A stretch of 64,000 nucleotides of DNA from the human T2T-CHM13v2.0 reference genome, Homo sapiens: assembly GCF_009914755.1 (NCBI RefSeq), contig NC_060945.1; one strand, given 5' to 3'. Made by a program: the position numbers and the translations under genes. How positions within the stretch are numbered: the stretch's first letter is position 1; each line of letters starts with the position of its first letter. Below, in pieces: positions 39,154 to 53,667 of the stretch. The notes under the pieces are model-generated. The model was given only the letters and a program-made list of their open reading frames with translations, was not told the origin of the DNA and ran no database searches.

Positions 39154-40299
39154 CTTCTTCCCTTTCTCTCACTGGGTTATATCCCCCTTTACAAAAGCAG
39201 CCATTGCTGAATTTCAGCCGTCATTTAAATTTCCCCCGCATCGTGGACTGACATGTGGTCCAACGGTCACGATGCATACACAGCTCATGCCATACGCATG
39301 GAGCCTCCCTGAACAGGGAGATAGATGCCCTGTTTGGCAGGATGCCTCACCAGTGGCTGTGGGAAATTACCATCCACAGTTTTCAGGGCTTGCTCTCCAC
39401 TTCTAGCTAATCTGGCCATGGGGAGTAACCATTCCTGGACTTTGGTGTCAGTCAGTGGGCAGCACTGGCCTGTGGACCCCCTGTGGCCAGCCCTGAGCTA
39501 GTGGTTCAGTTCGGAGCACACAGCTGCAGGTCACAGAAACCTAGCTGGAGAGGTGGCAACTGAACAGGGATGGGTCTTTCCCAGGGCTGAGAGTCCAGGG
39601 CCATTCCGGGCTGCAAAGGGCCAGCAGGAGCGGGTCTCCTTGGTCTTTCTACTCTGCATCCTCAGGGCGGCACCCCCCCTTGTGCTGGCAAGGTGGCCCG
39701 TCACTCGAGGCCCAGGAGGAAGGTCCACTACAGAGCCCCTGGGGGCTGGATTTAGTGTCCATCGTGATTTAGGAGTTGTCTGGGGAAGTGGCCGGCCGGG
39801 ATCTGGGGGCCTCGGTTTCTTGGGGAGGGTGGAGTCACTTTGGCTGGAGGGTGGGAGGTGTTCCCTGTCCCTCTCTCTGGAGGAGGGATGGTGTGGTTCT
39901 AGCTGGCTTATGTTCAGCACCCCAGGGATCCGACAGTGCCATTGTTGGATGGCTTTGCTGATGGTGACGCTCCATGCTGTTCCCTGGGGGACACACAGCA
40001 GCGTCCACTCTGGGCAGACTGCCCGGAAATCAATACAGGGAATGAAAATGGGATCTCAGATGCTCCTGGTTGCACAGAAAGGCTGTTTCCAATGCAGACC
40101 TTCCTGATATGTGGGGATGAACACCCTGAGATGGAGGGGACTGGGTGGTGCAGGATGTGGCTGTGACCTGGCTATAGACGCCCTTGACAACGAATTATAC
40201 CCACACACGGTGGGCAGAGGGTCACATCTCCCCCTGGGCTCATAGGGGCCAGCCAGAGAGCCAGCAGGCAGCTGGCATCTTTCTCAGGCAGCACAGTTT

Positions 40300-41158
<859 letters not shown>

Positions 41159-41541
41159 TGCACTCTCTATTTTTTAATTGCTCCTCTGGGTCTGGGGATG
41201 GCTCATTCCTCTGTGTTGTGGAGCCTGTGTAGGCCCAACCCGTGTGTCCATGCAGGGAATCTGACTGGGCTCTCCCCCTCCCACCAGGAGGACCTGCTGG
41301 TCCCGCGCAGCCCCACCCTCATGGCCCAGGCCTCCCCAGGCTGCGCTGTCCTTACTGCAATGCTGTCCTGGGCTTGGACACCTTCCTCAGCTTTGGTAAC
41401 CCACAGGCACACGGGTGCACACATGGGCCTTGCATTCTCCGTGCTTCAGATCCATCAGCCCCGGATCCGGGTGGAGGGCTTGCTCTATCGCATTCCTCCC
41501 GTTTGTGCAGATCTCTCACCTGTGCCTGTCTCCTCCCCGAG

Positions 41542-41723
41542 GTGAGCCTCCACATGCAGAAGCAGGCCTGGGTGCCGGTTATGTGGTCCTTATTGTGGTG
41601 GCCATCTTCGTGCTGGTGGCGGGAACAGCCACCCTTCTGATCGTGCGCTACCAGAGAATGAATGGGAGATACAACTTTAAAATCCAGTCCCACAACTTCA
41701 GCTACCAGGTGTTCTACGAATAG
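41542..41723 (+). CDS. UMODL1: UMODL1 last coding exon: TM helix and cytoplasmic tail, stop TAG 41721-41723; exon probably runs to the donor at 41744
   Basis: ccgag|GT GAG CCT...; GEPPHAEAGLGAGYVVLIVVAIFVLVAGTATLLIVRYQRMNGRYNFKIQSHNFSYQVFYE*. Confidence 0.93.
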
Positions 41724-41885
41724 GAGGCGCAGGCTGACAGGAAGGTGGGTGTGGAGTGGGGTGGGAGGTGCAGGCTGACAGGAGGGTGGGTGCGGAGTGG
41801 GGTGGGAGGTGTAGGCTGACAGGAAGGTGGGTGTGGAGTGGGGTAGGAGGTGCAGGCTGATAAGAAGGTGGGTGCGGAGTGGGGG
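41722..41885 (+). repeat. G-rich 41-bp tandem repeat x 4 containing the last 5' splice site
   Basis: Yaggctga at 41730, 41771, 41812, 41853; GTGGGT donors at 41745, 41786, 41827, 41868. Confidence 0.93.
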
Positions 41886-42640
41886 CATCTGATGTGCATG
41901 TCCTGCCTTGCCATCCATGGTGATGGGGACGGCCAGCAGGATTCAGCCAAGGGTAGATATGTGTGTGTCTGTGTTTTGTGGCCCTTTACGGAGCGTGCAG
42001 CCTCCCTTCTGAAAAAGCAACCAGGAGCAGGCAGAGAGGGGAAACTACAGGTAGGTTGGTGAAGGTTCGATTGCTTCACACACCCACTGGACTGGCTCCA
42101 CGATACCAGCGGCAGTGCTATATGGGTGACCACAGGACCCAGGGGCCCACCACAAATCCCATCTCTGCCACCCACTCTCTTGACCACCCGGGCAAGGTCC
42201 TGAGCCTCTTGGTGCCTCGGTTTCATCATTTGTAAAAGAAACCATGGTAACATTTCCGGCCACGTGGAGGGTGTGAGATTTAAATGGGAAGATGCCCAAG
42301 AGGCCCCGCTATGGGGTCTGACACCCTCAATTGCTGGTGGATCCTAACGATGGACCTCGGCCGAGTGTCCCTGAAACCTGGTGCTCGTAGGGATTGTCAC
42401 GTGTGGTGTGGATGCCACAGTGGACCCCCCACACCTTGCTGCTCATGCCCGCAGCCCCGACTTATGTATGACCTTTTGAGGCTGAAGATGCTTCTCTGAT
42501 CTGCCCTGTGGACTTTTGTTTTTCCTGGGCCTGCACATAGTTCACCACAAATGAATGACAAGCATTATGGAGGGCAGTATGGTTAGTATAAACCTTCAGT
42601 GGGAAACACCAAGACTGGGACTTTTGTAAAGATTTTCAGA

Positions 42641-42936
42641 TTTTTTTTTTTTTTGAGATGGAGTTTTGCTCTTGTTGCCCAGGTTGGAGTGCAGTGGTGC
42701 GATCTTGGCTCACCACAACCTCCACCTCCCAGGTTAAAGCGATTCTCCTGTCTCAGCCTCCTGAGTAGCTGGGATTACAGGCATGCGCCACCACACCCAG
42801 CTAGTTTTGTATTTTTAGTAGATACAGGGTTTCTCCATGTTGGTCAGGCTGGTCTCCAACTCCTGACCTCAGGTGATCCACCCGTCTCGGCCTCTCAAAG
42901 TGCTGGGATTACAGGCGTGAGCCACCGTGCCCGGCC
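42641..42936 (-). mobile_element. Alu (AluSp/Sq-like)
   Basis: Full reverse Alu. Confidence 0.95.
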
Positions 42937-42955
42937 AAATTTTGAGATTTTTCTA

Positions 42956-43613
<658 letters not shown>

Positions 43614-43637
43614 AACTGCCCACCCTCTCAGCCAACA

Positions 43638-45683
43638 GGAGAACAAGGAAAGACGAGAGGCCAATTTTCCCTCGATGTTTTAATTTCAAGGAGGGGGACA
43701 TCCAGCATGACCCAGCACCGACCCACCAGATGTCCTTAGAAAGCTAGTGGGATAGTGTTGGCCTCATCGCTGGGATTCGCATCTTAAATATTAAGTAAAA
43801 GGCACTGACATTTCCTCGTAACTCTATCTAGGGAGGTGACTGGTCTCTAGCACTGGTCCCGTCTATGCTGTAAGGGTCCTGAGACCCCAGAATACTGCGC
43901 ATGTTAGTTACCAGGAGTCCTGGCAGGAGAGACGGGAAAGACAAAGCTAACACAAGCGTCCCCCTCACATGGGCAGAATCACTTCCACAAGCGGGTGGCG
44001 TTTTCTTTGAAGTTGCCCAGCAAGGGCAGCATGGAGGTTGCCTTTTGGAAACGTGTGCTGTAGTCTGGGCTTTGCTGGTGACCTGGGAGGATTGGCTTGA
44101 GTTCTCTGGGCCCCATTTCCTCATTTTAAGATTGGAGCCAGTGTCTACTACACTTTGCTGAGTTGTTTCAAAAATCTGTTATCTCAAGAAAATAAGGACC
44201 TGAGCACAGGAAAGATGGGCTGGGCTGGAGAAGCTGCCTGCCCGACGAAGAGGGGGTGGGCTGATGTTGACAATGTCTGTTGTTTCCCAACATCCCCGTG
44301 AGGTTGTGCTGTTATTAGCATCCTGTGTTATAGATGGGAATCCAGGGCAGAAAGGGATAGACGTCCCAGGTCACGTGGCTAGGAGGTCCAGGGCAAGAAG
44401 GGATAGGTGTCCCAGGTCACGTGGCTAGGAGGTCCAGGGCAGGAAGGGATGTGTCCCAGGTCACGTGGTTGGGAGGTCCAGGGCAGGAAGGGATAGGCCT
44501 CCCAGGTCACATGGCTGGGAGGTGGCCGAGCTGGGGCTGCATGGGATTTCCGTTTGGCTCTGGGGTCAGCTCTCTTAGCTACCAAGCTTAGAGCCTTTCT
44601 TACACTAGTGTTCACATGACTGATGGACCCTTAGAACAATGCCCCTTGCCTTTCCCCTTCATCAGAGACCCGGAGAATTTGTATTTTAGCAGCTGTGCAA
44701 GGGGATCCACAATTCTTAATTCTTGCAGTGGGGACACCAGGTGTCCCAGTTGAGAGGCAGCAACTGTTGTGGTTACAGGGAAGGAGCCTTCCCAGGACCC
44801 CTGAGCCTCCCCGGGAGGCAGGTGCTGCTGCTCAATTGTGGTCTGGGTCCTCAGCCACCTCCGGGGATCCCAAAGGGGCAGGGAACAACAGCGAAGTTTC
44901 AGTTCAACTTTACACTCTAATAGTGAAAAATAAGGAAGCTTCCTCAGTTTGGTAGCTTTTGGCCTCTGGTTTGGGGCCCATGGGGTTTGGGCCATGAAGA
45001 CCCCCTCCTCACCAACCCCATTGCCTCCCATCCTGGGCAGGAGACATTGTCAATACCAGCCCGCCCCCTCTTCGTCAGGCAGGCAGCTTCCCCAGCCAAG
45101 CCCGTCTTCCCTGTGCTCAGGTCCTTATTTTCTTGAGATAACAGATTTTTGAAACAACTCAGCAAAGTATAGTAGACACTGGCTCCAATCTTAAAATGAG
45201 GAAATGGGGCCCAGAGAACTCAAGCCAATCCTCCCAGGTCACCAGCAAAGCCCAGACTACAGCACACGTTTCCAAAAGGCAACCTCCATGCTGCCCTTGC
45301 TGGGCAACTTCAGAGAAAACACCACCCGCCTGTGGATGTGATTCTGCCCATGTGAGGGGGATGCTTGTGTTAGCTTTGTCTTTCCCGTCTCTCCTGCCAG
45401 GACTCCTGGTAACTAACATACGCAGTATTCTGGGGTCTCAGGACCCTTACAGCATAGACAGGGCCAGTGCTAGAGGCCAGTCACCTCCCTAGATAGAGTT
45501 ACGAGGAAATGTCAGTGCCTTTTACTTAATATTTAAGATGCGAATCCCAGCGATGAGGCCAACACTATCCCGCTAGCTTTCTAAGGAAATCTGGTGTATT
45601 GGTGCTGGGTCATGCTGGATGTCCCTTTCCTCGAAATTAAAACATCCGAGGGAAAACTGGCCTCTTGTCTTTCTTTGTTCTCC
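43638..45683. repeat. Large inverted repeat: arms 43638-44278 and 45042-45683, spacer about 763 bp
   Basis: Mirror ORFs 43828-44124(-) and 45196-45492(+) are nearly identical; arm ends traced by hand. Confidence 0.96.
44341..44525. repeat. About 46-bp tandem repeat x 4 (MIR-like core amplified) in the inverted-repeat spacer
   Basis: tccagggcagRaagggatag..tcccaggtcacgtggctaggagg. Confidence 0.88.
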
Positions 45684-46157
45684 CGGGGCTCCTGTCTTTC
45701 GAAGTGAGAACTGTCTCACCAGTTCTAAAGTTCCTGCAGACATCTGCTCTTTGAAAACCATCAGCCAACCCACCCACCCCCACCAGGTCGACCCTTGGGC
45801 AGCCCCACTCAGAGATGTTCCCAGAGTCCTGGTGGGTTCTCCACGGATGGTGCAAAGGTGCAGGGGCCCCAGCTGTGCTCGTCTGGCTCAGGTATCTTCA
45901 CCAGCCACCCCCACCAGTTGGCGTGTCAGGAGCATCGCTCACCTGAGGGCAGGCACAGCCCCATGGTCCCCGTTCCACTGGGCACTCTGGGAGTGGCTGC
46001 CTTTTCATTAGGGGCTTGATCTGTCCCTCTCCAGTAAACATAGACGCCATGTCCTCGGGTTGGTGTTTCCTCCACTACCCCTCCTCCTGGGGTTTTCTGT
46101 ATTAACTTTACCTTTCCTGCGTGCAAGCTGACCCAGGTGACCTCTTCCTCCACACAG

Positions 46158-47055
46158 GTCGCCGTGAGTCAAGCTGCCTCCAGAACCTCAGAGCTTCCCT
46201 GGTGGGCTCCCCCGGGATCCCCAGTGTCTCTCTGCACCTCCACCCATCCCTCGGTTCTTAACTCTTCAAGCCTTAACGGAGGTCTGCTCTGACGGGTGGG
46301 CTCTGCCAGAGCCCGGGTGAGCCCAGAAAGGAAGACAGCAGCCACCGTCTGTCCCGAAGAGGCAGGCCGTCCTGTAGGTCCTAGAGGAGCCACAGCCCAG
46401 GGGCAGATGAAGGGGCTGCGGAAGACGGGGGCAGTCCTGGGGGTGCTGCGGCTACACCACCACCCGCGCGGCCCCCGCAGCCCAGACCTCCCAGGCCTGT
46501 GACCCTCCACACCAGCCCTCAGAACCCTCCTGGGCTTGCCCTCCCTTGGCGTCCGTCACCCTTTGGCAAATATAGAATATTTCACATTCTCAGAGAGACC
46601 CGACCGCGCTCTTGATGCTCTTTCGAAAATAGGTCAGTCTTAGAAATATACTGCTAATGTTATTTTTAGTGGATGTTTATGCTGTTTGACTTTTCTCCTG
46701 TGTACCAAGGTATTGCTTTTATTTACACGACAGCGACTCAAAAGGCACTCGATTAATGTGACAACCTTTTCAATAAGCAGAAATAACGTAGGTACACATC
46801 ACTCTTTACATTTTTCTAAGCATTTTCACAGCCGTTTCTTCATATAATCCAACCACAGTGGGAGGTGTGATTTACCCATTACACAATGAGAAACCAGAGG
46901 AGCCGATGAGTTACTTAATTGAGGTCACAGAATGAATTAGCAAGAAAATGGTTCTAAAATCTAAGTATTTTAGTCTAGAATTTTCTCCATTACATCATCC
47001 TAAGAGATAATGCTCTGTACTTCATTTGAAATAAACTGGAATTGTATTAGATAGC
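46158..47055 (+). other. UMODL1: Probable non-coding terminal (3'UTR) exon of UMODL1; 3' end approximate
   Basis: Pyrimidine-rich acceptor cctcttcctccacacag|G at 46157; AT-rich tail with AATAAA at 47030; donor AAG|GTGGGT at 41744/41745 after the stop. Confidence 0.7.
47030..47035 (+). terminator. Polyadenylation signal AATAAA
   Basis: Canonical hexamer followed about 35-45 nt later by a GU/U-rich element (gagtgttttt, 47071-47080). Confidence 0.7.
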
Positions 47056-47566
47056 TCACACCTGAAAGTAGAGTGTTTTTCCTCAGTGAACTTAGAATTA
47101 TAACATGGCCTTAGTTTTCAACCCATGATACTAATTTTGTTGAATATAATTAATTGTCATTCATACAGAACATTTGGGGAAAGGAGTATTTTGATTTACT
47201 GGATATTCTCAGAGTCAGTAAAGAATGACAGTGGGTAATATGTGTGGATCACAGATTCTGATCAAGTAGAATCAATCGCATAAGACACTGAAATGTGGCT
47301 GGTTGTGCTGGATGCTCCATTTGGGATGGTCCATCACAGGCTCGCTGAGCATCCAACGAGGGCCGGTGCTGTGTTGGGCACGCTGGGGAGGCCAGAAACG
47401 CATCTCTGGTTCTTCCCAAGTCATGTCCCGCTGTTCTGATGTCAGCTGAGGAGCTTTCACTTGCCTTTCTTGGAAGAGCATGACACATATTCAGTAAAAC
47501 CAGCTGTTGAGCCCCATGACTGTGTGGCTCTTTGGATTTCAGATAAAGTCATTGACATATATTTAA

Positions 47567-47901
<335 letters not shown>

Positions 47902-48214
47902 CTCATGTAATCTTAATACATGTGCCACGTCTGTTCATTTGTGTTTTCTGTAATAATGAAAACTTGGTTTCCTGTCATCCTACCTCCCCCATCCAAGTCT
48001 ATTCTTCGACAAACACTTCCTGAGCACTCACAGTGCTCCAGGCCCTGAGCTTAGCGCTCTGGGCGAAGTGATGAGAGGGACAGACCAAGCCCTGCCCTCA
48101 CAGAGCACACGGTCTTGTGGGGGAGGGAGACGCTGAAGTCAGATGATGACAGCCATGGTAAGTACTGAGAGTGATGATTGCATGTGTGCTGTGAGATGCC
48201 CCTGACCTGGTCCC

Positions 48215-48615
48215 TTCATCCACCCATCTAACCATCTAACCATCTACCCATCCATTCACCCACCGACCCAACCACCCATTTGTCCACCTGTTCACACATC
48301 CGCTCGTCTGTCCATCCATCCACCCACCCACCCATCCACCCATTCACCCATCCATCTGTCTGTTCATCCATCCAACCATCCATTCATCTATTCAACCATC
48401 CATCCATTCATCCACTCAACCATTTATCGATCCATTCATCCAACCACTCACCCATGCATTCACCCACTCATCCACCCCTCCATCCATCCATCCACCTCCA
48501 TCCACCCATCCACCCAACCATCTGACTGACCATCCACTCAACCATCCATCCATCCATCCATCCATCCACCCACCCATCCATCCACCCATCCATCCATCCA
48601 TCCATCCATCCAACC
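48215..48615. repeat. Degenerate (CCAT)n
   Basis: Tetranucleotide low complexity. Confidence 0.9.
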
Positions 48616-49564
48616 AAGGAATGTGTATTGAGTCCCAGTTTATATACTGACATGAGGAAGACAAGAAAAATGAGGCAGAGTTTTTGCCCTCAAGTATTCA
48701 CAATCCATCTGAAGAAAAACCCCTGTGGATACTATAATACGTGCAGTAAATACAGGGAGGCCTCTGGTGGAAGGAAGAGAGAGAAACAGAAAAATGCACG
48801 TCTATGCATATGGACTTGTGCACCTGTTCCCATTACTTCATTGGAAGGGCTTTGGGATGCTGCTGTGTCATGACTGCTGTTTAAGAATATTATCAGCATG
48901 CATATTGCTTGCAGCTTAAACCCTCCGATCCTAGACTGTTTCCACTGGCATGGCTTAAGGGATTAAATCCAAAGTGTATGGAAACAGAAGGAGGAAGGGA
49001 GGGCCCCTGGGTGACCCTTGGATGTCTGTAGAAGTTGTTCACTGCTCTCCAGTGCAGATGTCACCCCAGGGTTGTGCAGTGCACAACCTGTAAGGCCAGA
49101 CTTCAGGGCCTTGGAGACTTCCCAGAAGATCTCTTAACAGACTGAGTGGGCAACTCAAATCCTCCTGTCTGTGGAAGCGGGGAAACTGACATAGACATAT
49201 TCTATACAAGCCTCATTATAAGCCCTCCACAAATGATTGTTCTCACTGCGCAGTTGAGGAAATGGAGACAGCAACTTTTCTGAAGCCAAACAGCTGGCCA
49301 GTGAAGGAACTGCAATTCAAACCAAGCTCATTGGGTGTAAAGTTCATGCCACCCTCTGCTTTCTGTGGGGGATGGGAAGGAGGGTCTTTGCAGGCTTTAG
49401 AACTCAGAGTACCTCTGAGATGTGGGAAGAGGGCTTAGGGGTTCCCCAAGGCCAGTGGGCCTTGGGCTCCTGGGGTTCTGGGTCCCTGGAGGTTCTCATG
49501 TTCAGACACTATTGGGATCTCAATCTTCCTGGCCCAGGATCCCAAGCTGTGAATCACTGGAAAG

Positions 49565-49680
49565 TGGAAGATCTGATGGAGGTGGAGGGTCTGATGGAAG
49601 AGAATCTGATGGAGGAGGGTCTGATGGAGGTGAAGGCTCTGATGGAGGAGGGTCTGATGGCGGGGGAGGGTCTGATGGAA
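49565..49680. repeat. 15-18 bp purine-rich tandem repeat x 6
   Basis: ggagggtctgatgga units. Confidence 0.8.
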
Positions 49681-50467
49681 CTGGAGAATTACTGGGGCTT
49701 TCCATGGGCCCTCTGGCCCAGGTTGCATCTCTCCATGCTGGCCACTAGATGGCGACATTAGCTGGAGTCCACGCTGGAAACCGAATGTCCCCTGAGTTTC
49801 CGCAGCAACCACATCCCTGGGTTCTCTTGTTTGTTCTCTTTCACTGGATTTGAGCCTCTTGCGTGTCTGAAATTGTTCTGCAGACCTGCAGGCTCCGGGG
49901 CACATGTGTGCAAAGGTGGTGCCCTGGAGGCCCTGTAAATAGCTCAGAAAGTGAGGCTGGTCTTCTTCAGAGACTGAGTGATTGCGAAGTGCAGGACAAA
50001 TGAGTCTATGTGGGGGCCACAGCACGGATGTCCACCCTCCCATCTGGATTTCCCAAGAATGGGAGACATCTTTTCCCTCCCTTCCCGTTTCTGGGAGGAC
50101 AGGGGCAGATGGACAGGCGAGTAAGACAGGTGGCAGGGAGCCAGCAGCCCTAGGAGCTGGTGCTGGGGAGGCCCAGGTGAGATCCCTGTGGCTCAGAAGA
50201 GGACCTCTGCATGTGGAAGGGACGCCCGCAATGCCCAGTGACACCTCTCTCTATTGTGGAGGGTGACGGAGTCTGCTGAGGTAGCCACATAAGCACCTAA
50301 ACCAGAAGTGAGTATCTAAAACGGCCTTGCATGCCATAAGTCATCAGATAAGAGGGGCTGGACAGGGGCTCCCCAAGCCTGTCCTCAGCTGTGACCAGGT
50401 GGCTAGCAACCCTCTTTAGTTTGAGCACCTGCTTTGTCCCAGAGAGGGAGTATTAAATGTCCGCTGT

Positions 50468-50902
50468 TCACCCCCCACGCCCCATCTCTGTCCCTCCTGG
50501 GGAGGAAGGCTGTGGTGGGAGTCAACCCTCGCATCCCATCTCTGTCCCTCTTGGGGAGGAGGGCTGTGGTGGGAGTCAACCCTCGCATCCCATCTCTGTC
50601 CCTCTTGGGGAGGAGGGCTGTGGTGGGAGTCACCCCCCGCACTGTGTCTCTGTCCCTCCTGGGGAGGAGGGCTGAGGTTGGAGTCACCCCCTGCACCCTG
50701 TGTCTGTCCCTCCTGGGGAGGAGGGCTGCAGTGGGAGTCAATCCCCGCACCCCGTCTCTGTCCCTCCTGGGGAGGAGGGCTGTGGTGGGAGTCACCCCCC
50801 GCACCCTGTCTCTGTCCCTCCTGGGGAGGAGGGGTGCAGTGGGAGTCAATCCCCGCATCCCGTCTCTGTCCCTCCTGGGGAGGAGGGGTGCAGTGGGAGT
50901 CC
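50468..50902. repeat. 54-bp minisatellite x 8
   Basis: cYcYgtctctgtccctcctggggaggagggctgtggtgggagtcaMcccccgca; 18-aa periodicity in the ORF track. Confidence 0.95.
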
Positions 50903-52022
50903 CAAGATGCAGGCTCCTCCCAGTTCTCTGCTCACCTGTGCTGAGGCTCTGCGATCTGTGGAATGGGGCCGTGTTGCAGGCTCTTGTAAGGATCAGTGTT
51001 GCCCACCGAGGGCCCAGCACACAGGCTCCTAAGGTGACGAAGCACACATCCTGCTGCCAAAGTCACAGCAGCAGCGGCGCCCTCAGACGGGCCCGTGGGC
51101 CTCCTCCGCACAGTGTCGGGTGCTGAGTGCCTCTTGTGGGCTCTGGGCTTCGCGTCCAGCACTGCCAAAGTTGCCCAGGTTTCACGGGAAGCTCGCGGCA
51201 GGCCGGGCCCAGCAGCCTTCCGGGAGAAGGACACTACGCATCTGCGGCCCTGCATGCCCCCAGGAGCCCATGGGCTCCAGCACGGGGGTGGGCAAGGGGC
51301 GAGAGTCTGGCCCCTCATCTCCTGGCAGATTTCAAAGTGTGGTCAGAAACATAGCTGGACTGGGCAACTGGCTGAAGTGGAAGTCATCATTCAGCTAATG
51401 AGGCTTGATCTTTTCTCCATCCCCTGCTACTGCTGGTGTCTGTGCTGGCCTGGAGCTCACCCCACCTCACCCGGGCAGAGCAAAGGCCCTTGGCTGGCAG
51501 ATGCTGGAGGGTCTGTAAACTTGCTGGTGAATGCCCGGCTGTGGACACACAGCAGATGCCTGTCAAGGGAGAAGGAGCCAAGGAGAGCCCTGGGGATTCC
51601 CAAGAGCTTTAGGGTGTAGGGAAAATCGCCCAGGCAGGCTGATTCTGCGAGGCTTGTCCCTATAGCAGGAGATGGCCTGTGCGAAGTGGGACTCCTGGGA
51701 AGGAGCGATGAGGACTAGAGGGAAGGGGCAGCATGACTCCACAGGCTCTCACAAGGGACACAGCATGGACATGCTTCTGCCTGGATGCCCCTCTGAGTCG
51801 ACAGAGATCCATGTGCCCTGGCATCAAGGTCAGGCAGGGGAGACGTGCAGGGAGTGGAGTGGACACCAGAGGGGCAAGCACCACGGTGTGGACACCGAGG
51901 GGAGCCATGGGTCCTGGGGGTGGCCTGGGACTGGACTGTTGAGTCTTGGGTGGGCAGAAATCGTTCCCCTCATCAAGGACTGTAGATCCTCACTTGCGAC
52001 ACCCAGGACACCAAAGCGCTTC

Positions 52023-52495
52023 TGTTACTGGATAAAAGGTCTTGACTGTGTGTCATCCAGGCTCTTTGTGTTGAACAAAAAATTGAACAGAATGCATAAA
52101 CAAAGCAAAAAAGAAGGAAGCGACGAAAGACAAAGCAACAAAATAACAGTAAATAAAGTGCAGGTATATTGAAGCTAAAGTACACTTCACAGAGTGGGAG
52201 CAGGCTTGAGCAGGTGGCTCAAGAGCCCCCATTACAATGCTCTTTAGGGTTTTTATAAAGCTCAAATAATCTGGTGACACCCCTAGGCACCCTTTAGAAG
52301 CCTCCAATTAGTCAGACCCTATGAAGGATTGGCCTGTGACCAATCAGAAGCTGAAGTGGAAACTTCTGTCTTGTTATCGCTGGAGTGAGGATGTGGCCCG
52401 TGTGCTGCCTAATCTTGCCTAGAACTGGCTGCACCTGCTGTTCTTTTGCTTATCCCTTAACCCTTGGTCACCCTAATCCCTATTCTCCTGTCTCA
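52023..52495 (-). mobile_element. Solo ERV1-class LTR (MER51/MER61-like)
   Basis: TG...CA termini (tgttactgg...cctgtctca); imperfect 4-bp flanks cttc/gttc; several CCAAT boxes (ccaatta, attgg, ccaatca). Confidence 0.75.
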
Positions 52496-53046
52496 GTTCT
52501 GATGGAAAGAAAGTGACAGATGACCTGGAGGTTCCTAACCCAGGGAATAGCTAGAGTTCGCATCCCACAAACTAGTGTTAGACTGTGGGAGGCTAAGGGT
52601 ATGGGCTTTGCGGTTGTGAGAGTTTGGAGGTTGAATCTCAGCCCTCCTATGTGGGGCATGTCACCCAATCTCTCTGAGCCCCTGTTTCCTCATATTTACC
52701 CCACCTGTGAATTGAAGCTGTTGCTAGCATTGGTTAGGGAACTTTGGGCAACAAGCAATGGAAATGTCAACTCCAACAGTCTTTAAGGATAAAGTCAATT
52801 TATGACCCCTTGCAAGTGAGAAGTCCAGGCCAGGGTGGAGCTCAGGTGTGGCTTGCTCCTGCAGCTCTCAATGGCCCAGATTTTGTCTGCCTTTTGCTCT
52901 GCGTTCCATGGTATTAGTTTAACCCAAAGCTCCCTCTTAGCTCCCAAATGGCTGCGAGCAGTAATCAGGACTAATTGCTCATTTGTGCATGTCCAGCTGA
53001 AGACAGAACAGGTCTTCCCCCAACTACGGATTAAAAGGCTGGGTTA

Positions 53047-53667
<621 letters not shown>

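Noticed and set aside
43828-45492. Apparent duplicated small gene pair (98 aa and 86 aa ORFs in opposite orientation)
   Set aside because: Just the two arms of the inverted repeat; no ATG context or homology that I can recognise.
50403-51126. 214-aa and 230-aa ORFs with 18-aa repeats
   Set aside because: 54-bp minisatellite artefact; no recognisable domain or exon structure.
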